From Acidobacteriota bacterium (GTDB taxonomy: Bacteria > Acidobacteriota > UBA4820 > DSQY01), in contig JBFMHB010000001.1 of assembly GCA_040752915.1 (NCBI GenBank), forward strand, positions 78,532 through 142,531: 64,000 nt of DNA, read 5' to 3'. Position numbers and translations under genes: made by a program. Shown in pieces: positions 8,989-18,104 of this stretch (position 1 is the first letter of the stretch; each line of letters begins with the position of its first letter). The notes under the pieces were generated by a model. That model was not told the origin of the DNA. It saw nothing but the letters and a program-made list of their open reading frames with translations, and made no database searches.

Positions 8989-11891
8989 GGGGGCGTCATT
9001 CGCGTGTCCTCCAATCCCCATCCGTTCACGGGGATGCGGAGCAGGCTGCCGGAGCGGTCGCGGACGAGGACGTACCCATCCTGAAGGCCCTTCAGGAAGA
9101 GGCGCCCCGTCAGCGCGACGTCCTGTCTGCAATAGGCTTCGATGAGGTCGAAGCGGCCCTCCCTGAACCAGGCCACCGACTGCACGCCGTCGGCGCTCTT
9201 GCCCTCGCCGAAGTTGGCCTCTCCAAGGGAGGCGAGGGAAACCCGGAAGCCCATCTTCTTCCTCAGAGCCTTCAACAGGTCCAGGGTCTTGACCTTGTGA
9301 AGATCTTGTTCCGTGTAGGGCTGGAGGACCGCCAGGTCGAATCCGTCCACATTGAAGCCCACCACCAGCGGCGCCGCGAGCAGGTCTTCCACGAGCGCGT
9401 CGGCCTCTTCCTCGAAATAGGTCCGCCAACGGTCTCGGTCCAGGTCCCAGGTTACCGCCAGGGCCAGGCGCATGGCCGCTATGTGCCCCCACCCGCCCAC
9501 TTCGGCGGCGAGGCGCTGGGTTTCGAGATCGAAGACCAGTCGCCCGGGAGCTGGGCCAGGGGGGCTCCCCTGCCTTGTCGCGCCGGCCGAGGTGGGGGGC
9601 GTGGTGGGGTGTCCCTCCCCAGGATCCAGGTCCTCCTTCCCCAGGAGGATGGAGCAGACGAGACGCGCCCCTTCCTTGTCGAGCGGCTTGTTGCCGGACC
9701 CGCACTTGGGCGATTGGATGCACCCAGGGCACCCGGTTTCGCAAGGACAATCCCGAAGGAGGTCGGCGGTCGTCTGAAGGAGTTCCTCGAAGACGCCGAA
9801 CCCCTTTCTGCACAGGCCCACCCCGCCCGGATACCCGTCGTAGACAAATACGGCGGGTCCGCCCGTCTGGGGGTGAAGAGGGTAGGATATGCCTCCGAGG
9901 TCCCACCGGTCCGAAAGGGCCCTTAGGGGGAAGATGCCGATGAGGGCATGCTCGAAGGCGTGGATGCCTCCCATGAAATGGAGACCTCTCCCCGCCGCGG
10001 CGGGCTCCGACCCGGGGGGAAGGACCACCCAGAATCCCTCGGTCTCGAAGACGATGGGGGGGGCTTGGAGGGGATGTTCCGACAGGGTCTCCCCTCCACT
10101 CAGGCTCTTCTTCACGTACGAAGTGATGTGCTCCGTGACCTTGAGGCGCCCCAGGAACAGCTCCGCCGGCCCCGTCGTCCGGCGATCCCGGACCTCCAGG
10201 ATTTCGGTTTCCTTGTCTCCCCGAGCCTCGGTGTAGTAGTCCGCATCGGAGATTTTGGCCACCGCCTTCAAGTCCTTGTGCGAGAGGGCCACGATTTCGT
10301 AGCTCTGGCCCTGGTGGAGGTACACCGCTCCGACGTGGCACTCCCGGTGGACTCGAACTCCGTCCACCGTTCCGATGGCCTTTCCCGAGGGATCGACGAT
10401 CCGGTAACTCTCTCCGATTCCCCTGAGGCTCAAGTCGCGGTGGGGCGAGCGATGGAGCGTGTGCCAGGACGTACCCTCCGCATCCAGGACGAGGTCGCCC
10501 GCTTCAGCCAGGTCCTCCAGGACGTGCCGGCGGAGTCCCCCGGCGGCGAACTCCTCCTCCCTCAGGGGTGCCTCGCGCGCCGCGCAGAGGAAGTGGGGAG
10601 GCCAGAGCAAGGGGTTCTCGGGATCGAGAACGGCCTCCTCCAGGGGCCGGTTCAGCAGGCGGTCCGGGTGCGTCACGAAGTACTGGTCCAAGGCGTCGGG
10701 CATGGCGATGAGGAAGACCGCCGCCTCTTCCCCCCCGCGTCCCGCCCGGCCCATGCGCTGAAAAAGGGAGACGAGGGACCCTGGGTACCCCACGAGGACG
10801 CACGCATCGAGCCCGCCCACGTCAATGCCCACCTCCATGGCGGAGGTGCTCACAACCCCTCGGAGGGAGCCGTCGAAAAAGGCGGCCTCGATGCGCCTCC
10901 TTTCGGAGGGGAGGAATCCGGCGCGGTAGGAGGAGACCGTCTTCCGGTAGGACCGGTCTCTCTGGCAGAGCCACGAATACAGAAGTTCGGTGACTCGTCG
11001 GGCCTTGGTGAAGGTGAGTGTCCTCCTCCCCTCCCGTAAAAGACGGTCCATGACCTCCACGGCCAGGGTGTAGGGGCTCCCTTCAGTGGCGAGCAGGTGA
11101 AGACGGCGGGGGGGACGCGGGGCCCCGCTCTCTTCCAGGACGAGGGCCTCCCGCCCGGTGAGGGTTCGAAAAAAGCCGGCGGAATCGGACAGCGTGGCGG
11201 AGGTGGCCACCCACCGTGCGTCGGCGCCCGCACGGTCCAGGACGCGGCCCAACCTCCACAGAAGGTGGTGGACGTTGGCCCCGAAGATGCCACGGTACAC
11301 GTGCGCCTCGTCGAGAACCACCAGAGCCAGGCGCCGGAACCATCCCTCCCAATTCTCCCGGAAGGCCAGGAACGCCAGGTGGAGCATGTCAGGATTCGTG
11401 ATGAGGACGGGCGGCGGGTCCTTTTGGAGGACCTTCCGTTGCGCGCTTCCCGTGTCCCCGTCGTAGACCGCGGCCCGAAACCCGGTCATGCCGAGCGTCT
11501 CCGCAAAGTCGTTGATCTTGGCGCACTGGTCCTGGGCGAGGGCTTTGTACGGGTATAGGAAGAGAAAGCGTCGCGCGGGATTCTCGAGCCAGGCGTGGAG
11601 GGCGTAGAGCTGATATACGAGGCTCTTTCCGCTGGCGGTGGGCGTGCTGACCATGAGATCCCGGCCGGCGAAGAGACCCTGAAGCCCCCGGACCTGGTGG
11701 GAGAAGAGGCTCTTCATCCCCGCACGGGCCAGACCGGCCCGCAGTTCCCCGCGCAAGGCGGCCGGAGGCTCCTCCATGCCCCCCGGTGAGGCGGGGAGGT
11801 CGAAGGTGGCCCTCACGTTCTCTCGAAACCGGGGATCCGAGGCGGGCTCCCAGAGGAAGGAGCGGCAACCGGCGCGGGGCTGGTCGGGCAT
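8985..11891 (-). CDS. Fusion protein: DEAH-box helicase (MrfA/YprA-like) + DUF1998-type Cys4 zinc finger + C-terminal DEDD-family 3'-5' exonuclease domain
   Basis: Helicase motifs I TPTASGKS, II DEAH, III SAT, VI QRMGRAGRGG. DUF1998 metal cluster CPCETGCPGCIQSPKCGSGNKP. The C-terminal ~185 aa carry DnaQ/RNase D-like Exo I (FDLET), Exo II (GFNVDGFDLAVL) and Exo III Y-x3-D (YCRQD) motifs. Convergent 4-nt overlap with the kinase gene. Confidence 0.9.
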   Translation of the reverse strand: MPDQPRAGCRSFLWEPASDPRFRENVRATFDLPASPGGMEEPPAALRGELRAGLARAGMKSLFSHQVRGLQGLFAGRDLMVSTPTASGKSLVYQLYALHAWLENPARRFLFLYPYKALAQDQCAKINDFAETLGMTGFRAAVYDGDTGSAQRKVLQKDPPPVLITNPDMLHLAFLAFRENWEGWFRRLALVVLDEAHVYRGIFGANVHHLLWRLGRVLDRAGADARWVATSATLSDSAGFFRTLTGREALVLEESGAPRPPRRLHLLATEGSPYTLAVEVMDRLLREGRRTLTFTKARRVTELLYSWLCQRDRSYRKTVSSYRAGFLPSERRRIEAAFFDGSLRGVVSTSAMEVGIDVGGLDACVLVGYPGSLVSLFQRMGRAGRGGEEAAVFLIAMPDALDQYFVTHPDRLLNRPLEEAVLDPENPLLWPPHFLCAAREAPLREEEFAAGGLRRHVLEDLAEAGDLVLDAEGTSWHTLHRSPHRDLSLRGIGESYRIVDPSGKAIGTVDGVRVHRECHVGAVYLHQGQSYEIVALSHKDLKAVAKISDADYYTEARGDKETEILEVRDRRTTGPAELFLGRLKVTEHITSYVKKSLSGGETLSEHPLQAPPIVFETEGFWVVLPPGSEPAAAGRGLHFMGGIHAFEHALIGIFPLRALSDRWDLGGISYPLHPQTGGPAVFVYDGYPGGVGLCRKGFGVFEELLQTTADLLRDCPCETGCPGCIQSPKCGSGNKPLDKEGARLVCSILLGKEDLDPGEGHPTTPPTSAGATRQGSPPGPAPGRLVFDLETQRLAAEVGGWGHIAAMRLALAVTWDLDRDRWRTYFEEEADALVEDLLAAPLVVGFNVDGFDLAVLQPYTEQDLHKVKTLDLLKALRKKMGFRVSLASLGEANFGEGKSADGVQSVAWFREGRFDLIEAYCRQDVALTGRLFLKGLQDGYVLVRDRSGSLLRIPVNGWGLEDTRMTPP

Positions 11892-11912
11892 CGGGTTTCC
11901 CGGCCCGAGGGC

Positions 11913-12356
11913 CTACCAGGCCTCTCCGGCCCGGACCTTTCGGAGGTAGAAGATGTCCTTGCGGAGAACGTACCCTTCGCGCTGAAACAGGGCGAGGCTG
12001 GGGCCGTTCCAATCTTCGATCAGGCAGGCGACGATGCCGCGCCCCCGGCTTTCGAAGACCTCCTCGCAGGCGGCGATGAGGCGCGCTCCGAGGCCCATCC
12101 TCCGGAAGGGCGGGGCCACGGCGAGGCGGTTGATCCACCCTTTCCTCCCATCGTCGGTCGCCAGAACCACCCCGGCCAGCGACGCCCCCACAAAGGCCCC
12201 AAGAAGAAGCGTCCCTCCCGAGGCCAGTTCCTCCGCCATCCTCTCGGCCGAATCTCGCCCCTCGGGATGATAGGGCAGCCCCGCCTCGGTCCACAGCCGG
12301 TGGACCGCCGGCACGTCCTTGGGGCCCAGACTCCTGATGACGGGTTCTTCGATCAC
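11913..12356 (-). CDS. GNAT family N-acetyltransferase
   Basis: Acetyl-CoA binding motif RRMGLGARLI and the GNAT fold signature WINRLAV...; 147 aa. 21-nt spacing to the downstream helicase gene. Confidence 0.8.
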   Translation of the reverse strand: MIEEPVIRSLGPKDVPAVHRLWTEAGLPYHPEGRDSAERMAEELASGGTLLLGAFVGASLAGVVLATDDGRKGWINRLAVAPPFRRMGLGARLIAACEEVFESRGRGIVACLIEDWNGPSLALFQREGYVLRKDIFYLRKVRAGEAW

Positions 12357-12372
12357 CGTCCAGCCCTCACGA

Positions 12373-12633
12373 TCACCGCTTCTTCCGGATAAAGGACCGG
12401 ATCGCGCGGCCCTCCTGGAGGAACCCTTCCCACTCGTGCCCCGCGCCCCTGCAAAAAGCCGGGAAATCCGCCTTGACGCCCTGATCGTCCGCCAGAACTT
12501 CGAGCAGCTGGCCCGGCGCCAGGGCCTTCAACGCCTCCGCGGCCCGGACAACGGGGAGAGGGCAAAGAAGGCCCAGGCAATCGAGAAGCGCGTCACCAGA
12601 GCCTGGGTTGGGGATCGGCGCCCCCTTCGTCAT
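12373..12633 (-). CDS. TusA/SirA-like sulfurtransferase family protein
   Basis: DCLGLLCPLPVVRAAEAL contains the conserved CPxP active-site motif of the TusA family; 86 aa. Confidence 0.7.
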   Translation of the reverse strand: MTKGAPIPNPGSGDALLDCLGLLCPLPVVRAAEALKALAPGQLLEVLADDQGVKADFPAFCRGAGHEWEGFLQEGRAIRSFIRKKR

Positions 12634-13693
12634 CGCTCCGGCCCACCTTTCTCTTCGGTCCGGAGGTGTCCTCCTCCTCGGAGGCGCCCGCCGGCCGGAT
12701 GCGGTAGTAGCTTTTTCTCAGGGGGTTGTCCCGCCCCGAAGTGAACGGACCCCCGTTCTCCCCCGCGCGATCCAGCACCGTCAGGCAGTTCTGGACCTTG
12801 GCGTCGAGGTTGTCCAGGTGATGGAAAAAGACGGCCTCCGGGGTCTGCGGGTCCACGGGACTCCCGAATCCCTCGGAGCGTTCCCCCTGGTGGCTCAGGA
12901 CCACGTGAACGAGGTGCCTCCTCTTCTCCGAGGAGAAGCCCGGCAGGGAATCGCAGAGCCGCTCCGCCAGGCGAGCGCCCATGTGAATGTGGCCGAGGAG
13001 CTTTCCGTCTGTGGTGTAATCGAACCCCGGGTCGCTGGAGATTTCCAGGGCTTTCCCCGCATCGTGAAGGAAGCAGGCGCAGAGCAGGAAGTCCACATCC
13101 AGGCCGGGGTAGTTCGGCGCAAGGGCTCTCACGCCCCGGGCGAGGCTCAGGGAGTGCTCCATCAAGCCGCCCACCCAGGCATGGTGGATGGACTTGGCGG
13201 CGGGCGCCCGCCGAAAGGCGGCGAAAATCGGATCCGCCCGGAAAGCCTTCAGGAGCCTGCCCCAATCCCGGTCCTTCATGCGGGAGAGGATCTTGTCGAA
13301 CTCCTCGTCCATCTCGGCGTCGGAGCGACGGCTTCGGGGTGAAAAGAGCCCCGGGTCCGCCTCTTCTCCTTCCAGGGGCTCTACCGCGCCGATGGTGAGC
13401 TGAAGGGCCCCTTGAAACGCGTCCACCCGGGCCCACACCTTCAGGGCGCGCCCGGGCCGGAGAAGGTCCAGGTATTTCTGGACGCGGCCCTTCTTTCCCT
13501 CGAAGCTGTCCCACAGCTTCGAAGGCAGGCTCCCCGATGCGTCTTGAAAAACGCCCTCCCAGTAGGGATCCCCGGATTTCGTTTGGCGGACCTGCCCTGA
13601 GACGAGCCAGAGGACCCCGCGGAACTCGCTTCCTTCGGTGAGCTGGGCCAGGCGCATGGCGTCCATCGGGTCCTCCTCGGGCAGTCTATCCAA
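12593..13693 (-). CDS. OB-fold + HD-domain protein, YhaM-like 3'-5' exoribonuclease family
   Basis: N-terminal OB-fold region (LWLVSGQVRQTKSGDPYWEGVFQDASG...ALKVWARVDAFQGALQL). HD domain with H...HD metal motif (HHAWVGGLMEHSL...CFLHDAGK...GHIHMG). Low-complexity C-terminal tail. Confidence 0.7.
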   Translation of the reverse strand: MDRLPEEDPMDAMRLAQLTEGSEFRGVLWLVSGQVRQTKSGDPYWEGVFQDASGSLPSKLWDSFEGKKGRVQKYLDLLRPGRALKVWARVDAFQGALQLTIGAVEPLEGEEADPGLFSPRSRRSDAEMDEEFDKILSRMKDRDWGRLLKAFRADPIFAAFRRAPAAKSIHHAWVGGLMEHSLSLARGVRALAPNYPGLDVDFLLCACFLHDAGKALEISSDPGFDYTTDGKLLGHIHMGARLAERLCDSLPGFSSEKRRHLVHVVLSHQGERSEGFGSPVDPQTPEAVFFHHLDNLDAKVQNCLTVLDRAGENGGPFTSGRDNPLRKSYYRIRPAGASEEEDTSGPKRKVGRSDDEGGADPQPRLW

Positions 13694-13915
13694 GGGACGC
13701 CGGACGTGGCAAGGAGAGCCAGAGGCTTTCGAGGGAAATCACCGAGAACGGGGAGCCGCGTGGGGCCGGTCCCTATTTCGCGATCTGGTTCCCCATTTCC
13801 CGTTCCCTCGGCCACCTGGACTCGCGGTTTCACGGGTCCTTCTCCTTCCTCCCCCCTCCCGAGAAGGGCCGCTTCTTCTGTTGCCAGTCCCGCCGTGCCG
13901 ACCCATAATGACCCC

Positions 13916-14530
13916 ATGGGCGAGAAGGTGGACCGTGCCGGGTTTCTCCGCCGGCTCTTCTTCGTGGATTCGGGGACCCAGGCGGCCAGAGCCCTTCGCG
14001 GCGAGGGGTCCTATCCCACCGGGCGCATTCCCTTCACATTCCTCCGCCCCCCCGGAGCCCCGCTCGAGCCCCAGTTTCTCTCTCGATGCACCCGCTGCGA
14101 CTTGTGCCGCGAAGCCTGCCCGGAGAAGATCCTCGTACCCGCCCAGGAGCCGCTCATGGGGAGAGGCACGCCCGTCATCGATCCGGACCTCGGGCCCTGC
14201 ACGCTCTGCCTCAAGTGCGTGGAGGCCTGCCCCGACGGGGCGCTTCTCCTCGACGAGGACCGCCGCATGGGAAAGGCGGTCTGGCATGCCGAGACGTGCC
14301 TATCCTCCCGAATCGTCGCGTGCGTGAAATGCGTCGAGGCCTGTCCCGTGGGTCCTTCGGCCATCCAGATCCTTCCCGGAAAGGGCGTGGAGATCTACCC
14401 CGACGGCTGCACCGGCTGCGGTTTCTGCGTCCGGGCCTGTCCCACGGAGCCCAGGAGCCTTCACCTTCAAGGCCGCCCGCCCATGCCGCTCCGCGGCCAT
14501 CCTCCGGTTCCGACGAGGCGCCATGGCTGA
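13916..14530 (+). CDS. 4Fe-4S ferredoxin-type protein with four CxxCxxCxxxCP motifs (NapF-like)
   Basis: CTRCDLCREACP, CTLCLKCVEACP, CVKCVEACP, CTGCGFCVRACP. Start chosen at ATG 13916 (MGEKVDRAG) rather than the ORF-track start 13706, whose first 70 residues are low-complexity. Confidence 0.7.
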   Translation: MGEKVDRAGFLRRLFFVDSGTQAARALRGEGSYPTGRIPFTFLRPPGAPLEPQFLSRCTRCDLCREACPEKILVPAQEPLMGRGTPVIDPDLGPCTLCLKCVEACPDGALLLDEDRRMGKAVWHAETCLSSRIVACVKCVEACPVGPSAIQILPGKGVEIYPDGCTGCGFCVRACPTEPRSLHLQGRPPMPLRGHPPVPTRRHG

Positions 14531-15293
14531 GACCCCCGCCCTCGCCATCGAGAACTTGAAGAAGTCCTATGGTCGCCTGGAGGCCGTGTCCGACCTGACC
14601 CTCGAGGTGGCCGCGGGCGAAATCTACGCCTTTCTCGGTCCCAACGGAGCCGGCAAGACCACCACGCTTCGCACCGCGGCGGGGCTGCTCCTGCCGGACG
14701 GGGGCTCCATCCGGATCTGCGGAGAGCCGGTGGAGGCCGACGCCCTCCCGTTCCGCCGCCTCATGGCCTACGTTCCGGACCGGCCCTACTTGTACGAAAG
14801 GCTCACCGCCTGGGAATACCTCGATTTCCTGGCCCGTGTTCGGGGCCTTCGGGAATGGCAGGACAGGGCCCGGTCTCTTCTGGAGCGGTTTCGTCTCGAG
14901 GCCTGGGCCCACCAGCTCGTGGAGGGTTTCTCTCACGGGATGCGTCAGAAACTCGTCCTCGTCGGAGCCCTGCTTCACCGGCCGCGTCTGCTCATGGTGG
15001 ACGAGCCCATGGTCGGGCTCGACCCGCGCTCCTCGAGGGACGTACGGGACCTCTTCGGGGAACTCGCCTCCGAGGGGACGGGCCTCTTCCTCTCCACCCA
15101 CTCCCTTGACATGGCGGCGGAGGTGGCCCACCGCATCGGGATCCTGCACCGAGGCCGACTGGTGGCCGAGGGCGCCTTCGGCGAGCTCCAAACCTTGGCC
15201 AGCCGGCCGGGAAGCTCCCTGGAGGATATTTTTCTCACCCTCACGGAGGAGAAATGGGAGGAAGAATCACGAGCCGGATTCGGGGCCTCCTGA
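14523..15293 (+). CDS. ABC transporter ATP-binding protein (ABC-2 type), no permease gene adjacent on this strand
   Basis: Walker A GPNGAGKTT, Q-loop, ABC signature FSHGMRQKL, Walker B LLMVDEP, H-loop STHS. 8-nt overlap with the ferredoxin gene. Confidence 0.9.
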   Translation: MAETPALAIENLKKSYGRLEAVSDLTLEVAAGEIYAFLGPNGAGKTTTLRTAAGLLLPDGGSIRICGEPVEADALPFRRLMAYVPDRPYLYERLTAWEYLDFLARVRGLREWQDRARSLLERFRLEAWAHQLVEGFSHGMRQKLVLVGALLHRPRLLMVDEPMVGLDPRSSRDVRDLFGELASEGTGLFLSTHSLDMAAEVAHRIGILHRGRLVAEGAFGELQTLASRPGSSLEDIFLTLTEEKWEEESRAGFGAS

Positions 15294-16357
15294 AGCCCCG
15301 CGTGGCCCTCGTCCTCGGCGGAGGAGGAGCCCGCGGCTTCGCCCACCTCGGCGTGCTCAAGGTGCTCGAGCAGGAGAAGGTCCCCGTGGACCTCATCGTG
15401 GGATGCAGCGCCGGAGCGCTCATCGGCACGCTGTACGCCTTCTCGGGCTCCACCGAGGCCGCCGAACGGGGGCTGGTGGAGTTCTCCCATTCACCTGGCT
15501 TTTCCGACGGACACTACCGGGACATCCAGGCCATCGTCCCGCTGGCCGGGGGCGAAAAGCGCGGCCTCTTCAGCCGACTCCACAGGGCCTACAAGATGGC
15601 CTCCTTCTTCGCCTCCACCCTCCTCAAGGAATCCTTCGTCCATCCGAAGGAGTTCGAGCGAAATGTGGCCGCGGTCATTCCCGACAGGCGCCTGGAGGAG
15701 TCCCCCATACCCCTCGCCATCGTCGCGACGGACCTGAAGACGGGTGAGGAGGTCGTCCTCCGGGAGGGTCCGGCGCGTCTGGCGGTCCAGGCCTCCTCGG
15801 CCATCGCGGGCGTCTTCCCGCCCGTCCAGGTCGGTCGCCGCGACCTCGTGGACGGCGGCTTCGTCGACAAGGTCCCCGTGGAGGTCGCCATCCGCCTGGG
15901 CGCCGACGTGGTCCTCGCGGTCAACGTGGGCCTGGATGTGGATCGAAACGGGGACGTTCAGAAGCGCGGGGCGACCATTTCGGCCCGGGCCAACGCCATC
16001 ATGTCCGAGGCGCTTACGGAGATTCAGACTCGCTTCGCCGACGTGCTCATCTGCCCCGACGTCCAGTCCGTCCACTGGGCGGATTTTCGCTCCGTCGAAC
16101 GCGCGGTCCCCCTTGGGGAGGCCGCCGCCCGGAAAGCCATGCCTCAGGTCCGAAAGGCCCTTCGACGAGGCTGGCGAAGGAAGTTGGTTCGAATCGTTGG
16201 CCGCTGGCCGAGGCGCACCGTCGTCTTTCGACCCCTCTCCCCTTCCTTCACACCCGCCCTTCCGGAGGCGCCTCCGGCGCCGGCAGAGACGGATCGGGCC
16301 CCACACGCCGAGGCGGCCCCTGCGGCGGCGCCGAACTCCCCTCCGAAGGCACGCTGA
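15254..16357 (+). CDS. Patatin-like phospholipase family protein
   Basis: Oxyanion-hole GGGGARG, nucleophile elbow GCSAG (GxSxG) and catalytic DGG(F) block (DLVDGGFVDKVPV). GGAGGA RBS 4 nt upstream. The 3' end of the ORF is low-complexity and Pro-rich, so the true stop is uncertain. Confidence 0.85.
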   Translation: MGGRITSRIRGLLKPRVALVLGGGGARGFAHLGVLKVLEQEKVPVDLIVGCSAGALIGTLYAFSGSTEAAERGLVEFSHSPGFSDGHYRDIQAIVPLAGGEKRGLFSRLHRAYKMASFFASTLLKESFVHPKEFERNVAAVIPDRRLEESPIPLAIVATDLKTGEEVVLREGPARLAVQASSAIAGVFPPVQVGRRDLVDGGFVDKVPVEVAIRLGADVVLAVNVGLDVDRNGDVQKRGATISARANAIMSEALTEIQTRFADVLICPDVQSVHWADFRSVERAVPLGEAAARKAMPQVRKALRRGWRRKLVRIVGRWPRRTVVFRPLSPSFTPALPEAPPAPAETDRAPHAEAAPAAAPNSPPKAR

Positions 16358-16637
16358 GGACGAGGGCCGTCCAGGTGGGGAAGAGAGAGAGAACGGGGAC
16401 CACCTCGGCGCCCAGAGCCAGGACGAATCGCCAACGGAATCCGAGGATCCCCACAAGAATTGCCGCCGTTCCGAGGTCGAGCACGAGGTCAAAGGGCGAG
16501 GCCGCTCCCTCAAAGAAGAGGGGGAACAGCGCCATCTCCACGAGGTCCGCTACGCCCGCCACGAAGAGCGCAACCAGCTTCCGGCTCCTGGAAACCCCGG
16601 GAAGCGTTCCGGGCCGCAAGTTCCTCATGCCGATCAC
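16248..16637 (-). CDS. Possible small membrane protein (two hydrophobic helices); low confidence
   Basis: 129-aa ORF with two clear TM-like segments (LVALFVAGVADLVEMALFPLFF; LGTAAILVGILGFRWRFVLALGAEVVPVLSLF). Its 3' end overlaps the low-complexity tail of the convergent patatin ORF. Confidence 0.25.
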   Translation of the reverse strand: MIGMRNLRPGTLPGVSRSRKLVALFVAGVADLVEMALFPLFFEGAASPFDLVLDLGTAAILVGILGFRWRFVLALGAEVVPVLSLFPTWTALVLSVPSEGSSAPPQGPPRRVGPDPSLPAPEAPPEGRV

Positions 16638-16796
16638 GGCGCCCTCCTGTGAATCTCAGGCGCGCGGCGCCGTGCGTGGAACCGGCGCGCGCCCGCCCTA
16701 CGGGTGGTGCCGATGGAACCGGTTGGAGGGGCCTTCCCGCAGAACCCCGCGTTCGGGCATGGCCCTTTTCGACGCCGGGGTCTCACCGGGCTACCC

Positions 16797-18104
16797 TCAC
16801 TTTTCCCTCATCCACCGAAGGACCTCCGGGATCGTGGGGCGCTTGCCCGTCATGAGGATGCCCACCCGGTAGATTTTGGCCGCCATCCAGGCCACCGCCA
16901 ACGTCCCCAGGGCAAGGAGAACCAGGCTCGCGGCGATTTGCCAGTGCGGAACGTCCACGGCTCCCACCCTCAGGAGCATCGTGATGGGCGACGTCACGGG
17001 AAACAGGCTCAACCCCACGACCCAGCCGGCGTTCGGGCTCTGCAGGGTCGGCATCATGAGAACGAAGGGAATCACCAGACCGAAGGTGACGGGCGTCTGC
17101 CACTGCTGCGCCTCCTGCTGGGTCGTGCAGGTGGCCCCCACGGCGGCATAGATGCTCGCGTAGAAAACGAACCCGAACAGGAAGTACAGAACGAGGACCA
17201 CCATCTCCAGGGGCTTCATCCATCCCCCTTCGGAGGAGGAGGCCACGTTCATGGGGTTGGCAAGGTACAGCCCAGCGCCCAGGAGAAACCAGATGCCGTA
17301 CTGGAGGAGGCCGACGGAGGCGATTCCCACGATCTTGCCCATCATCAGCTCGAAGGGACGCACGGCCGAGAGGATGACCTCCACCACCTTTCCGCTCTTC
17401 TCTTCCAACACCCCGTTGGACAGGGCCACCCCGTACATGATGATCATGATGTAAATCACCATGGCGAGCAGGATGGGCCGGATGAGGTCCGTCAAGATGC
17501 TCCCTTTCCGCGTCTTTCCGCCCTTCTGGACCTTCACGGTCTGAAGGTCCACCCGCCCCCTCAGTTGATCCGCCACGGCCGGATCCAGCCCGAGCTTCTG
17601 CAGTTTCTGCTGGAGCCGGGCCTGGTTCAGCCGACCCGTCATGAGCCCGAAAAGTTGGGTGTTCGACAGGCTCTGGGCGTAGAACGTGGCCTTGATTTCC
17701 TGCTCCGGATCGGGCTCCACCAGTAGGATTCCGTCCAGCTTCCCGTCGCCCACTTCCAGTTTCAGGGCCTCCAGGTCCGCATCGGGGGGGGCGAGTTGAA
17801 ATTCCGAGGCGGCCTCGGCGCGCCGGTCGGCCTCCTCCTCGATGCGGTCCCCGGGATCCCCCGACCTCTCTTTGGCCCCTCTGCTCTCGAGGATCATGGG
17901 GCCGGCCCAGCCCGTCCTGTCCACCACCGAAATCCTCACTTCTTCGTGCCGCATGATGGACAGGGCCGCCGGCAGGATCATGAGTGCGCCGAAGATCACG
18001 GGCGTGAGGATCGTGCTGATCAGAAAGGACTTCTTCCGCACGCGCTCGAGGAACTCCCTTCGAACGATGGCGAGAATGTTCAGCCAGTTAGTTCGCATGG
18101 CCAT
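16797..18104 (-). CDS. ABC-2 family transporter permease (NatB-like)
   Basis: 435 aa. One N-terminal TM, a large extracytoplasmic loop, then five C-terminal TM helices typical of ABC-2 permeases. 17-nt overlap with the upstream ATPase gene. Confidence 0.8.
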   Translation of the reverse strand: MAMRTNWLNILAIVRREFLERVRKKSFLISTILTPVIFGALMILPAALSIMRHEEVRISVVDRTGWAGPMILESRGAKERSGDPGDRIEEEADRRAEAASEFQLAPPDADLEALKLEVGDGKLDGILLVEPDPEQEIKATFYAQSLSNTQLFGLMTGRLNQARLQQKLQKLGLDPAVADQLRGRVDLQTVKVQKGGKTRKGSILTDLIRPILLAMVIYIMIIMYGVALSNGVLEEKSGKVVEVILSAVRPFELMMGKIVGIASVGLLQYGIWFLLGAGLYLANPMNVASSSEGGWMKPLEMVVLVLYFLFGFVFYASIYAAVGATCTTQQEAQQWQTPVTFGLVIPFVLMMPTLQSPNAGWVVGLSLFPVTSPITMLLRVGAVDVPHWQIAASLVLLALGTLAVAWMAAKIYRVGILMTGKRPTIPEVLRWMREK

